A stretch of 41,242 nucleotides of DNA from a virus: IMG/VR virus record IMGVR_UViG_3300045988_101483, one strand, 5' to 3'. This document shows positions 24,370-32,856 of this stretch, one piece after another. Position numbers and translations under genes: made by a program. Positions within the stretch are counted from its first letter, which is position 1; each line of letters starts with the position of its first letter. The notes beneath the pieces were generated by a model, which was not told the DNA's origin, ran no database searches, and was given only the letters and a program-made list of their open reading frames with translations.

Positions 24370-26811
24370 ATGGAATACTATTTCTCAGACCGAAAATTCA
24401 ACATCATGGGTGTTGCACGTACAACCGGAAAAGGCGAATGGCTGGTTAGCACTGATAGTGAAGTAAAAGCAACTGATGATAGGCCTGCCATTGCCTTGAC
24501 CTTGACGATTCCATTTAAAACTGAGCAAGAGCAGGCCATTGATGAAATGGCGGCTGAAAACAATTTTGTCTTATATCAGGATGAAGAAGGCAATGGACAT
24601 CAAATGGTCATTGCCAGTGTTACTCACGATACATTAGCACATATTCATAAAGTCGTTTGCACGGATGCAGGTAACGATCTGATGAATGAAGTGGTGGGTG
24701 CCTATACCGCTGACAAAGCCTATACTATCGCTGATTACATCATCAGGTTTACGAATGATTCTGGCTGGGAGATCGGCATTAATGAATTTCCTACAGACGT
24801 CAGAACACTTACATGGACAGACGAAGACACTTCACTTAGCCGCATTAAATCAGTCGCAAAAGATTTTGATGCAGTGCTTAGCTTTGGCTTTGTTTTTGTA
24901 GGTACGACTGTCGTAAAACGTGTTATCAATATCAGACATGAGGAAACTTCCGACAGTTTAATTTCTTTTGAGATGAACAAAGACATCAACAATATTGTGA
25001 AAACAGTTGATATCTACGACATGGAAACCTCAGTTAAGGCCTATGGTGCTACACCTGACGGTTCAAACGATCCAATTAATTTGATTGGGTATAGTTGGAC
25101 TGATCCAACCGGACAATTTGTACTTGACCAGTACGGATTCTTGCACGACACCATTGCGGTACAGAAATATTCACGTTTGTTAAGCAACAGCAACCCTAAC
25201 CCAACACAGTCTGACTGGAATCGGGTTAAAATATTTGAGTCAACTACTCAAGCCACGTTATTGCAGGCGGCCCTAGCAGACTTGAAGAAGTATAACCATC
25301 CCAATGTTAACTATCAAATTGATTTGGCAAATGCCCCCTATGTGCCATTGAACCAAACGGTACACATTGTTGACGAGAACCAGAATCTATTTCTTTCTGC
25401 GAAAGTGTTGTCAGTTGAACGCAGCCGCGCTAGTCATTATACCAAGCTCACTTTGGGAGATTACGCAAATGAGCAGCCTAATTTGTATTCTGCGCTTAAG
25501 GATATGGCAGTTAAGATTGAAAATATCCCTAAAACCGTTCAATACTACCCATGGCTCCGCTATGCCGATGATGATCAAGGAACAAATATGAGTGCCTTCC
25601 CAAGTGGCAAGAAGTATATGGCAATCGTTTGGTCAAATGAGACATCCGTACCAAGTGACAATCCGGCAGATTACGCCGGCAAGTGGGCATTGATTCAAGG
25701 GCCACAAGGCGGTAACGGAAAAGGAAGCTATACTCACGTTGCATACGCTAACAGTATTGATGGTAAAACGGACTTCTCGACTACTAATGGTAATGGGAAA
25801 ATGTATCTTGGCATATACGTTGACCAGACCCAAGCTAATAGCACAGACCCAACTAAGTACTCGTGGGCGTTGTTCAAAGGCGAACAGGGTCCTCCGGGCA
25901 TTCCCGGAAGCAAGGATGTGCCATACACTTACATTCAACTTGGCACGCCCGCTAGTCCCAAGAAAGGTGATTTGTGGTGGCACGGGACAACGCTTAACGA
26001 TGCCACAGCATTGCAATACTACAATGGATCAACTTGGATTGACCAAAGTATCCAGCAAGCGATTCTAAATATTGAAAAACTTGTTGCAATCGAAATTGAC
26101 AGTGCAACCATTAATTCTCCTGATATTAATGCACCATTCAATCACACTGCTCTTAGCGATGCCAATTTAGGAAAGTTCAGCAGTGGCAACACCAGTATGC
26201 AATATGGTCACGTGAATATCACAGGCAATATTGAAAACGATCAAGGTACGGCTGATGGACACACGCTGATTAGCGACTTAGGACCATCAGGATTTATCAG
26301 TCGTGAACGAACACCTGACAATTCCGGTGATGTTCAGTATGCTAATTTGCAAGGTGGCAAGCTCAATCTTTCAACATTAATTAGCGCTGAAAATGCAGCC
26401 ACAAAAAAATATATCCAATCTAAATTCACTTCGGCAGACAACGTGACATTTTTCTACGTCAATACAACCGCGCTAAGCAATATTGATATTGATTACGCAT
26501 ATATTTACTACACGCGACGTGGAAATTTGGTGACCGTCAACTTTCAAATTCACACCATAGCTAATCAGTACAATTATTTGAGGATCGCAGATATTAGACC
26601 CGGTTATACACCTCTTTTAACAAACAAAATTGTTGCAAGCTGTTTGAGCTTTTCAGATCCCGGACAATCTACAGCTATGTATTCAAGCACGCCAAGCGGA
26701 GGAACGGTCGGTTGGTATAGCAACATTTCCAAAGCATCTGGCAGTTATGGTGGATCTGTTTCTTATCTAACAAAAGACGATTATCCAACGGGCGATTCAT
26801 TTTTTGCGTAA
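24370..26811 (+). CDS. Tail-associated lysin / baseplate hub (Tal) with a C-terminal receptor-binding region.
   Basis: Position after Dit and a Tal-like N-terminal domain. Short collagen-like stretches GPQGGNGKGS and GEQGPPGIPGS. Confidence 0.75.
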   Translation: MEYYFSDRKFNIMGVARTTGKGEWLVSTDSEVKATDDRPAIALTLTIPFKTEQEQAIDEMAAENNFVLYQDEEGNGHQMVIASVTHDTLAHIHKVVCTDAGNDLMNEVVGAYTADKAYTIADYIIRFTNDSGWEIGINEFPTDVRTLTWTDEDTSLSRIKSVAKDFDAVLSFGFVFVGTTVVKRVINIRHEETSDSLISFEMNKDINNIVKTVDIYDMETSVKAYGATPDGSNDPINLIGYSWTDPTGQFVLDQYGFLHDTIAVQKYSRLLSNSNPNPTQSDWNRVKIFESTTQATLLQAALADLKKYNHPNVNYQIDLANAPYVPLNQTVHIVDENQNLFLSAKVLSVERSRASHYTKLTLGDYANEQPNLYSALKDMAVKIENIPKTVQYYPWLRYADDDQGTNMSAFPSGKKYMAIVWSNETSVPSDNPADYAGKWALIQGPQGGNGKGSYTHVAYANSIDGKTDFSTTNGNGKMYLGIYVDQTQANSTDPTKYSWALFKGEQGPPGIPGSKDVPYTYIQLGTPASPKKGDLWWHGTTLNDATALQYYNGSTWIDQSIQQAILNIEKLVAIEIDSATINSPDINAPFNHTALSDANLGKFSSGNTSMQYGHVNITGNIENDQGTADGHTLISDLGPSGFISRERTPDNSGDVQYANLQGGKLNLSTLISAENAATKKYIQSKFTSADNVTFFYVNTTALSNIDIDYAYIYYTRRGNLVTVNFQIHTIANQYNYLRIADIRPGYTPLLTNKIVASCLSFSDPGQSTAMYSSTPSGGTVGWYSNISKASGSYGGSVSYLTKDDYPTGDSFFA

Positions 26812-26826
26812 CTGGGAGATGACATT

Positions 26827-27156
26827 ATGAAATTAAAAGTGTGGACAGATAGCAATAATCGGCTGCTTAGTTGGGCATATGCTGATGAAAACAGACCAGT
26901 AGGGCCAACCGATGAAGGATTCGAAGTTATTGAAGTGGATAAGGCAGTTGGTTTGTATGAAAACCACGCCAGCATTATTGACGGTCATGTCGTTCCTGAT
27001 GCTGATTATGACCCAGACGCTGATAGACCTACACCTGAGCCGTCTGCGGCTGACTTAGCAAATGCTGAAACTATGAAGATGGTTGCTAGTCTAACTATGT
27101 CAAACTCAGCTTTGATAAAGCAGGTGGCAACATTGACCAAGGAGGCAAAATCGTGA
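26827..27156 (+). CDS. Hypothetical tail/lysis-region protein.
   Basis: 109-aa ORF between Tal and the XkdX-like gene. Confidence 0.6.
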   Translation: MKLKVWTDSNNRLLSWAYADENRPVGPTDEGFEVIEVDKAVGLYENHASIIDGHVVPDADYDPDADRPTPEPSAADLANAETMKMVASLTMSNSALIKQVATLTKEAKS

Positions 27157-27296
27157 ACGCATATAAACCATTAATTATCAGCTACTATCAGCAAGGAATC
27201 TACAGCAAGGATGACTTAGCCTTGTTCGTGAGTGTCGGCTGGATTAGCCAAGCAGAAGTAGATGAGCTTGTTAAGCAAGTCGCCAGCAAAAGCTAG
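27153..27296 (+). CDS. XkdX-family small protein (47 aa).
   Basis: AAGGAGG RBS 7 nt before the GTG and a GTGA overlap with the upstream stop. Pattern YYQQGIYSKDDLALFVSVGWISQAEVDEL. Below the track cutoff. Confidence 0.55.
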   Translation: MNAYKPLIISYYQQGIYSKDDLALFVSVGWISQAEVDELVKQVASKS

Positions 27297-27305
27297 CGGC
27301 TATTT

Positions 27306-27617
27306 TTGTGGAATGGAAGTGAGAGAGTGACATTTTTTGGATACACGATTGGTGACTGGGCGGAGTTCATATCAATCATAGGGGTGGGCATAAGTGCGGG
27401 CAGCTGGCTGTTCAAAAAGATTGCCTTAGATCCATTGCGTTCTGATATTCAAGTGCTTTCAGAGACGATTAATCGTCAGCTCAAGCTGCACGAACAGTCG
27501 TTGGCAGACTTGGGACAACATCTGAGGACACATGATGACGAGCTCGGCAGTCACTCGGTTAGAATCACTCGATTGGAAGACCATGTAGGCATTAAAGGAG
27601 ATAATGATGATGAATAA
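27306..27617 (+). CDS. Membrane-anchored coiled-coil protein of the lysis cassette.
   Basis: N-terminal TM FISIIGVGISAGSWLF, then a coiled coil. The start is TTG at 27306 or GTG at 27327. Confidence 0.55.
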   Translation: MWNGSERVTFFGYTIGDWAEFISIIGVGISAGSWLFKKIALDPLRSDIQVLSETINRQLKLHEQSLADLGQHLRTHDDELGSHSVRITRLEDHVGIKGDNDDE

Positions 27618-28056
27618 TTTGACAGAACTTTTGGTATCACTTGCAGTAGCGGCAGTCCCAATCATTGGGGCTTGGATCTCAAAACAGTTGCTGGCTAACA
27701 AGCAAGCGCTAACTTTGGTAAAGGTATTAGGCCCATTAGCAAATGCTGCGGTAACAGCGGCAGAACAGCTTGGTGTGACACAGGCGATTGACGGTGCGGT
27801 TAAGAAATCTACTGCCATTCAGGCTGTGAAAGACGGATTGAAGTCGCTTGGTTTCACCAGCGCAGACGAGCAGACAATTGCCAACGCAGTTGAGCAATCC
27901 TACGCGGATTTGAAAGACAGCCTAGCAGAAACCTATCCACAAAAAACGGTCGATCAGGAAACATCTAATCAAGACAAAGTGGCTGCCGCAGCTCAGGCGG
28001 CCGCAGACGCAGTTAAGGCTCAGCTGTCACCATCATCTGTTGCTCCACAGCAATAA
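27604..28056 (+). CDS. Holin (LL-H-like family).
   Basis: AAAGGAG RBS. Three consecutive ATG codons (27604, 27607, 27610). A single N-terminal TM, then an A/Q-rich hydrophilic tail. Immediately upstream of the endolysin. Confidence 0.7.
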   Translation: MMMNNLTELLVSLAVAAVPIIGAWISKQLLANKQALTLVKVLGPLANAAVTAAEQLGVTQAIDGAVKKSTAIQAVKDGLKSLGFTSADEQTIANAVEQSYADLKDSLAETYPQKTVDQETSNQDKVAAAAQAAADAVKAQLSPSSVAPQQ

Positions 28057-28066
28057 GGAGGAAACC

Positions 28067-29248
28067 ATGAAACTAAAAACTAAACTAATCACTTTGGTAG
28101 TCGCCTTCTTGGCGGCTATTTCTTTTGCCCTGCCATCGCAGGTCAATGCAGCCAAGGGAAATCAGGGCCCGGATTGGGCGAAGTATCAGGGAGCAAGTGG
28201 ACGATATGGAACAGATCAAGACAAGTTCGTAATATCTCAGATTGGCGGAACTTACGGTGGTACGTACATCGATCAGTGGACGTATGATAGCCAAATTGCT
28301 AGTGCCAAGGTGGCAGGAAAACGTGTGCATAGCTACATCTGGTATGGTGTTGGTGCAAGTAGCCAGTTGGGATTAGAAGCACTTGACCGTTATATGCCTC
28401 GTATCAAAGCACAGACGCCGAAGGGAAGCATCGTTGCTTTGGACTACGAAGATGGTGCTTCTGGCAATATGGCAGCTAATACGGATGCCATTTTAGCTGG
28501 CATGCGGCGCATTCGTTCAGAAGGCTACACGCCCATGTATTACAGTTACAAGCCATATACATTGGCACACGTCGATTATCAGCGTATTCTGAAAGAATTT
28601 CCTAACAGCCTTTGGATTGCTGCTTACCGTGATTATCTACCAACTACCAAACCAGACTACGGTTATTTCCCGAGTATGGATGGGGTAGCTATTTGGCAGT
28701 ACACGAGCGCATTTGGGGTGTCGCAAGGCCTCGATGGTAACATTGATCTGCTTGGTATCACTGATAATGGCTACTCGAGCCAACCAGAAACCCCGTCAGC
28801 ACCTGTAACACCGGTGCCAAGCCAGCAAGCGAAATCAAATGCAGCCAGTGATTCCGACTATGCGCAAACTGGTGTTTTCAAGCCTTCCACGACTGTTAAC
28901 ATCCGCACTGGTGCTGGTACAGGATACACGGCAGTTGGCAGCTATGTGCCGGGTGAGAGCCTTGTGTATGATCACGTGTATATCCGTGGCACATATGTTT
29001 GGGCGCGTTATCTCAGCTACTCCGGTCGGTATCATTATGTTGCCTTGGGTGTTAACGGCGGTGATAGCTATGGTTCGCGCAGTTCAAATGCGCAAACCTA
29101 TTCGCACATGTATTATACAGTCCGCTCTGGTGACAGCTTCTGGAGCATTGCCAGCAAGTACGGTATCAGCATGTACACACTGGCAGCCAACAACGGCAAA
29201 TCAATCTACAGCCTGATCTACCCGGGCGAAAGTCTATACATCAGGTAA
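28067..29248 (+). CDS. Endolysin: signal peptide + GH25 muramidase + SH3b-like domain + LysM.
   Basis: AAGGAGGA RBS. MKLKTKLITLVVAFLAAISFALPSQVNA signal peptide. GH25-like GPDWAKYQG...FVISQIGG. C-terminal LysM YYTVRSGDSFWSIASKYGISMYTLAANNG. Confidence 0.85.
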   Translation: MKLKTKLITLVVAFLAAISFALPSQVNAAKGNQGPDWAKYQGASGRYGTDQDKFVISQIGGTYGGTYIDQWTYDSQIASAKVAGKRVHSYIWYGVGASSQLGLEALDRYMPRIKAQTPKGSIVALDYEDGASGNMAANTDAILAGMRRIRSEGYTPMYYSYKPYTLAHVDYQRILKEFPNSLWIAAYRDYLPTTKPDYGYFPSMDGVAIWQYTSAFGVSQGLDGNIDLLGITDNGYSSQPETPSAPVTPVPSQQAKSNAASDSDYAQTGVFKPSTTVNIRTGAGTGYTAVGSYVPGESLVYDHVYIRGTYVWARYLSYSGRYHYVALGVNGGDSYGSRSSNAQTYSHMYYTVRSGDSFWSIASKYGISMYTLAANNGKSIYSLIYPGESLYIR

Positions 29249-29255
29249 CAAAAAT

Positions 29256-29293
29256 GCCCTCTGCTCGCTAATGCGGGTGGAGGGCCTATTTTT
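29256..29293 (+). terminator. Rho-independent terminator of the late operon.
   Basis: GCCCTC...GAGGGC stem with inner pairs, followed by CTATTTTTGTG. Confidence 0.75.
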
Positions 29294-29332
29294 GTGTTGC
29301 AAAAATAATTCCAAAAATAATTTCAAAAAAGG

Positions 29333-29363
29333 TTGCAATTACTTACATATATGGTACTATATA
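29333..29363 (+). promoter_or_regulatory. Sigma-70-type promoter with an overlapping palindrome.
   Basis: TTGCAA (29333-29338), 16-nt spacer, then TGgTACTAT (extended -10, 29352-29360). Near-palindrome TATATGGTACTATATA at 29348-29363. TTACAT/ATGTAA inverted repeat at 29343-29348 and 29365-29370. Confidence 0.6.
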
Positions 29364-29409
29364 AATGTAAAGAAAAGCAAAAGGCAAGAAGCCTAGGAGG
29401 GCATACATC

Positions 29410-29619
29410 ATGAAAAAAGTTCAGTTCAGCACCCCATACGAAGACCAAGTAGAAGTAACTGTTAATGGCGACAAGTACGGCACTCTAAAGTTCGACCGCG
29501 AACAAAATGAATGGGTTCTATGGCCAGTATCTATCGACGATGGTGTCAGCTACTCGGATGATCTAGCAGAGACACAAGAAATAATTACGGACGAAATCCA
29601 AAGCTACAATGAAGACTAA
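29410..29619 (+). CDS. Small, highly acidic hypothetical protein (69 aa) encoded by a moron.
   Basis: AGGAGG RBS, its own promoter and its own terminator. 17 D/E against 5 K/R. Confidence 0.7.
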   Translation: MKKVQFSTPYEDQVEVTVNGDKYGTLKFDREQNEWVLWPVSIDDGVSYSDDLAETQEIITDEIQSYNED

Positions 29620-29627
29620 GAAAGGTA

Positions 29628-29650
29628 ACCCGCTTTGGCGGGTGTTTTTG
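29628..29650 (+). terminator. Rho-independent terminator / attenuator.
   Basis: ACCCGC-TTTG-GCGGGT hairpin followed by GTTTTTGG. Confidence 0.7.
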
Positions 29651-29664
29651 GTGGGAAGAAAATC

Positions 29665-29877
29665 ATGGCGGGAATTTTAGATAAGTATCTTGAGGCATAC
29701 AACCTCACGCGCTATCGGCTAGCAAAAGAGAGCGGCATCAGTCAAACAACCTGGTTTAACGCCAACTCACGGCCGCTAGATCGTTGGACGGTCAAGCAAG
29801 TACGGGCGCTCGCGGCATTCACTGGCGTGTCATCAAGTACGGCACTGCGGAAGCTGGATGAGATTGATCGTGCCTGA
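29665..29877 (+). CDS. Small HTH-like protein (70 aa).
   Basis: YNLTRYRLAKESGISQTTWFNANS is HTH-like. ATG at 29665 after GGGAAG. The track start of 29635 lies inside the terminator hairpin. Confidence 0.55.
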   Translation: MAGILDKYLEAYNLTRYRLAKESGISQTTWFNANSRPLDRWTVKQVRALAAFTGVSSSTALRKLDEIDRA

Positions 29878-29949
29878 TTTTTGCACTAAATCATCAGTCA
29901 CCACGATTTAATAACTTGCTTCTGGATGCTTATAGATTTGTCAGTCAAA

Positions 29950-29971
29950 GGGGACAAAAAGGGGACAAAAA
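29950..29971. repeat. Tandem GGGGACAAAAA x2: candidate integrase arm-type or accessory-factor binding sites.
   Basis: The same 22-bp tandem is repeated at 30121-30142, 171 bp downstream. Confidence 0.8.
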
Positions 29972-30075
29972 AGGTGCAGGCACTGATTCATAGGAAACTA
30001 TAATGCCTGTTCGCGGCACTTATTAGCATTCTTTAGCCTATTTTAGCTTTCAAGAATGCCTTTAAATCAACGATT

Positions 30076-30117
30076 AAGCCCTTCTAGCTTTTGTTAGGAG
30101 GGCTTTGTTTTTGTTTT
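30076..30117 (+). terminator. Rho-independent terminator.
   Basis: 9-bp stem AAGCCCTTC/GGAGGGCTT followed by TGTTTTTGTTTT. Confidence 0.65.
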
Positions 30118-30120
30118 AAG

Positions 30121-30142
30121 GGGGACAAAAAGGGGACAAAAA
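30121..30142. repeat. Tandem GGGGACAAAAA x2 (second locus), 3 nt from the int stop codon.
   Basis: Identical to 29950-29971. Confidence 0.8.
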
Positions 30143-30145
30143 TAT

Positions 30146-31318
30146 TCAAAGCCGATCCATGGCAGCCGTGGCTTTTAGAGCTTCCTTCTTTTTTTGAGAG
30201 TCTAAAAGATGACCGTATACTCGCATCGTAATTGTGATATCTGAATGACCAAGGCGTTTTGAGATGTAATAGATGTCAATGCCCTGACTAATTAGGTAGC
30301 TAACGTGGCTATGACGTAGGCCGTGGAAAGTGATTTGCTTTTCTTTTGGGATCCTCGCTTCGTCTTGCAAAATCGCAAGTGCCTTATTACAGGCTGTATC
30401 AGTAATGACCGTGTGCCACTGATTACGCATGATCATTTGATCGGGATCTCGGTATCCAGTTCGCAGATATGCTGCCATCTGTTCTTGATGAACTTGTTCG
30501 AGTAGCTTAATAACGGCGGGGGAGACTTCAATATCACGTACAGACGATTCCGTTTTAGTCGGCTTGAATCCAGTCCCGTACTGGTGGTCCCAAGAACGAG
30601 TAACATGTATCACGTTGGTCGTGGTATCTATATCGGGCCACGTTAGCGCTAGAACCTCTGAAACCCGCATGCCTGTCATTGCACCTAGATAAACTGCAAA
30701 CGCTCCTATGCTTCGATATGAAGCCTTCTCGGCCGCCTCAGACTTAACCTGCGCAAAGGCGTCTTGATCAAGCACTTTGACTTTGCTTCCTGAACGGATT
30801 CCACCAACCTTGGCACCAAAAGTGAAGTCAGAAAAGAGCAGACGGTCATTGATGGCTGCCTTAACCATTGACCGGACGTAGCTATTCATCTTGCTAACAA
30901 TATCCTTTGAACGTTCGCGTGGACCTTTGCGTGTGGTCTCTTTCTTGCGGTCCTTACCAGCGGCAAAGTCGTTCAAGAAACGTTGCCATTCGATTGGACG
31001 GATTGAGCCAAGCTCACGACCGTCAAAACGCGACTTCAGATGTTTTCTTAGCAACGTGTATCTATATTCAGTATTGAGGGACTTATCGCCTGATTTATAG
31101 GCATCAATCCATTGATCCCAATAATCCAAAAACAGCGTTCCAGCTTTTGAAGGATCGCCACCGCGTTTGAGGTCATCTTCCACAGCTTCTGCAGCATCTT
31201 GCGCAGATGATTTCAACCGATACCCACCGTGTGAAGCAACCAACTGTTTACCGGCGGAATCCGTATACTTAACTCGGTATTCCCAATACTTGCCGCGTTT
31301 CCTAAATGTTGCCATCAT
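30146..31318 (-). CDS. int: Tyrosine integrase (site-specific recombinase).
   Basis: AAGGAGGTG RBS. C-terminal catalytic pattern HGLRHSHVSYLISQGIDIYYISKRLGHSDITITMRVYGHL. Confidence 0.92.
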   Translation of the reverse strand: MMATFRKRGKYWEYRVKYTDSAGKQLVASHGGYRLKSSAQDAAEAVEDDLKRGGDPSKAGTLFLDYWDQWIDAYKSGDKSLNTEYRYTLLRKHLKSRFDGRELGSIRPIEWQRFLNDFAAGKDRKKETTRKGPRERSKDIVSKMNSYVRSMVKAAINDRLLFSDFTFGAKVGGIRSGSKVKVLDQDAFAQVKSEAAEKASYRSIGAFAVYLGAMTGMRVSEVLALTWPDIDTTTNVIHVTRSWDHQYGTGFKPTKTESSVRDIEVSPAVIKLLEQVHQEQMAAYLRTGYRDPDQMIMRNQWHTVITDTACNKALAILQDEARIPKEKQITFHGLRHSHVSYLISQGIDIYYISKRLGHSDITITMRVYGHLLDSQKKKEALKATAAMDRL

Positions 31319-31383
31319 TTACACCTCCTTGTGCTATAATACAAGTAGGTGCTATTGCATCTACCATACAATCATGGATCTAT

Positions 31384-31434
31384 AAGGCGTCTACCCGTTC
31401 ACTTTAGCCAGTGGGGTAGGCGCCTTTTTATTTT
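31384..31434 (+). terminator. Strong plus-strand-oriented terminator hairpin with no upstream plus-strand gene.
   Basis: 13-bp stem AAGGCGTCTACCC/GGGTAGGCGCCTT followed by TTTTTATTTTG. Confidence 0.6.
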
Positions 31435-31509
31435 GTATCCAGCCCCACTATCCGGCTTGCACGGGGCCGCCGCTTGCGTGGGGGAAGGTACTAAAAATAT
31501 AGGTGATGT

Positions 31510-32121
31510 TTATTTGGCCTCGTATTTGAATCCTCCAAAAAGCGAGGATTTAGCAAGCTCGTTGCCTGAGCTATCTTTAACAGTCACTTGTTTTAAAGTA
31601 ACTTTGTTGCTTGGCATAGGAGAATATTTTTCATAAATGTTTTTTCCTGCATCCCAAGCAGCTTTTACAACATTTTTTAGCTCAGCGTCGTTAAGCGAGA
31701 GAGCGTCATCGCTCAAGACTAATTCTATTGTTTGCGTGTTTTCGTCGTATGTAGCAGCTGTTATTGCGTTTTGAGTTTGCTGTGGAATTCCGGAAACCGC
31801 TTTAAGAAAGTTGTTGTAATTATTATTTTCATTAGTGCTTTGCGCTGATGCTAGGCTTTTACTTTCAGATTCCGCAACGGCTTTGCTGCTAGCAAGTGCT
31901 ACTTTCTTTTTCGATTCGGATGCGTTCGTCAATGAGCTTGCTTTTTTTGATTTCACTTTAGATGAAATGGCTGAAGAACTTTTGCTTGTTGTAGCTGATG
32001 ATGAATCATCATCCCCCCATGCACCCGACAACCCGCCGACAATAGAAATACCCATGATAACGGCTATTGTAATTGCCCACCAGCGTTTGTATATTGGCTT
32101 TTTCATACCGTTTCTCTTCAT
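31510..32121 (-). CDS. Membrane-anchored extracellular protein: candidate superinfection-exclusion or lysogenic-conversion factor.
   Basis: GGAGGG RBS 7 nt before the ATG at 32121. N-terminal TM WWAITIAVIMGISIVGGL, a Ser/Lys-rich linker, and a folded C-terminal domain. Located between int and the repressor. Confidence 0.7.
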   Translation of the reverse strand: MKRNGMKKPIYKRWWAITIAVIMGISIVGGLSGAWGDDDSSSATTSKSSSAISSKVKSKKASSLTNASESKKKVALASSKAVAESESKSLASAQSTNENNNYNNFLKAVSGIPQQTQNAITAATYDENTQTIELVLSDDALSLNDAELKNVVKAAWDAGKNIYEKYSPMPSNKVTLKQVTVKDSSGNELAKSSLFGGFKYEAK

Positions 32122-32181
32122 AATGAATCCCTCCAAAAAAATTCAGCTTTTAACGTCGATCAGGTTTTGGACGTATTATTT

Positions 32182-32856
32182 TTATAGAACTACCGTGTAC
32201 ACGACGACTTTGCCAATGATCTTGATGTTCTCTTCTTCAAGGTCTTCATAGGTATACATGATAGGACTAAATCTTTTGTCGGTGGAATCTGGAATAAAGG
32301 TCACAATCTGCTTTTGACGATCATTATAGAAATATTTGACTGCGTAGTCACCATCATCTGCAAAGACAATTATATCACCGTCTTTAAGATCTTGAATGTC
32401 GTTGTATTGCTTGACTGCTATTAAAGATCCGTCCGGAATCGTTTGATTCATTGATTCGCCATTAATATGCATCATCAAAAGATCTTTGTCACCGGCGTAT
32501 TTTCCAAGAACCTTGTCGGATATTTGGACAGATTCGATCTCGTCTGAAGTGAAGGGGTCAACATTGCACAAGATTCCAGCCGATATCTCAGCGGGAATGT
32601 ATGGATAAGAGTGAACATTTAGTTTTTTGACTTTAAAAGGATCTACAGGAGAAACTCCTATTAAGCTTTCCGGAGTTGTATGAAGAGCACTTGCAAATTT
32701 ATCAACATAGTTTAATGGAAACTCACGTGTTCCATTGAAATAGCGAGACACAGACGATTTTGCCATGTCAACACGGCGTGCTAGTTCACTGATTGAAATC
32801 CCTTCACGGTTGCGAAGATCATTCAAAGTCTTGATTATTTCATCATTTGTTTTCAT
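32182..32856 (-). CDS. CI-like repressor (XRE HTH + S24/LexA-type peptidase domain).
   Basis: HTH ISISELARRVDMAKSSVSRYFNG. C-terminal INGESMNQTIPDGSLIAVK...KIIGKVV. GAGGTGAG RBS before the ATG at 32856. Confidence 0.85.
   Translation of the reverse strand: MKTNDEIIKTLNDLRNREGISISELARRVDMAKSSVSRYFNGTREFPLNYVDKFASALHTTPESLIGVSPVDPFKVKKLNVHSYPYIPAEISAGILCNVDPFTSDEIESVQISDKVLGKYAGDKDLLMMHINGESMNQTIPDGSLIAVKQYNDIQDLKDGDIIVFADDGDYAVKYFYNDRQKQIVTFIPDSTDKRFSPIMYTYEDLEEENIKIIGKVVVYTVVL

Noticed and set aside
29950-30142. Considered whether the GGGGACAAAAA repeats could be a mini CRISPR array.
   Set aside because: The units are only 11 bp long. They form two adjacent tandem pairs with one 149-bp gap, there is no repeat-spacer periodicity and no cas genes are present. 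This fits recombinase or accessory binding sites next to int.
31349-32251. Plus-strand ORFs 31349-31636 and 31835-32251 opposite the lysogeny genes.
   Set aside because: They are antisense to a well-supported minus-strand membrane-protein gene or lie within intergenic hairpins. They have no RBS and low-complexity translations.
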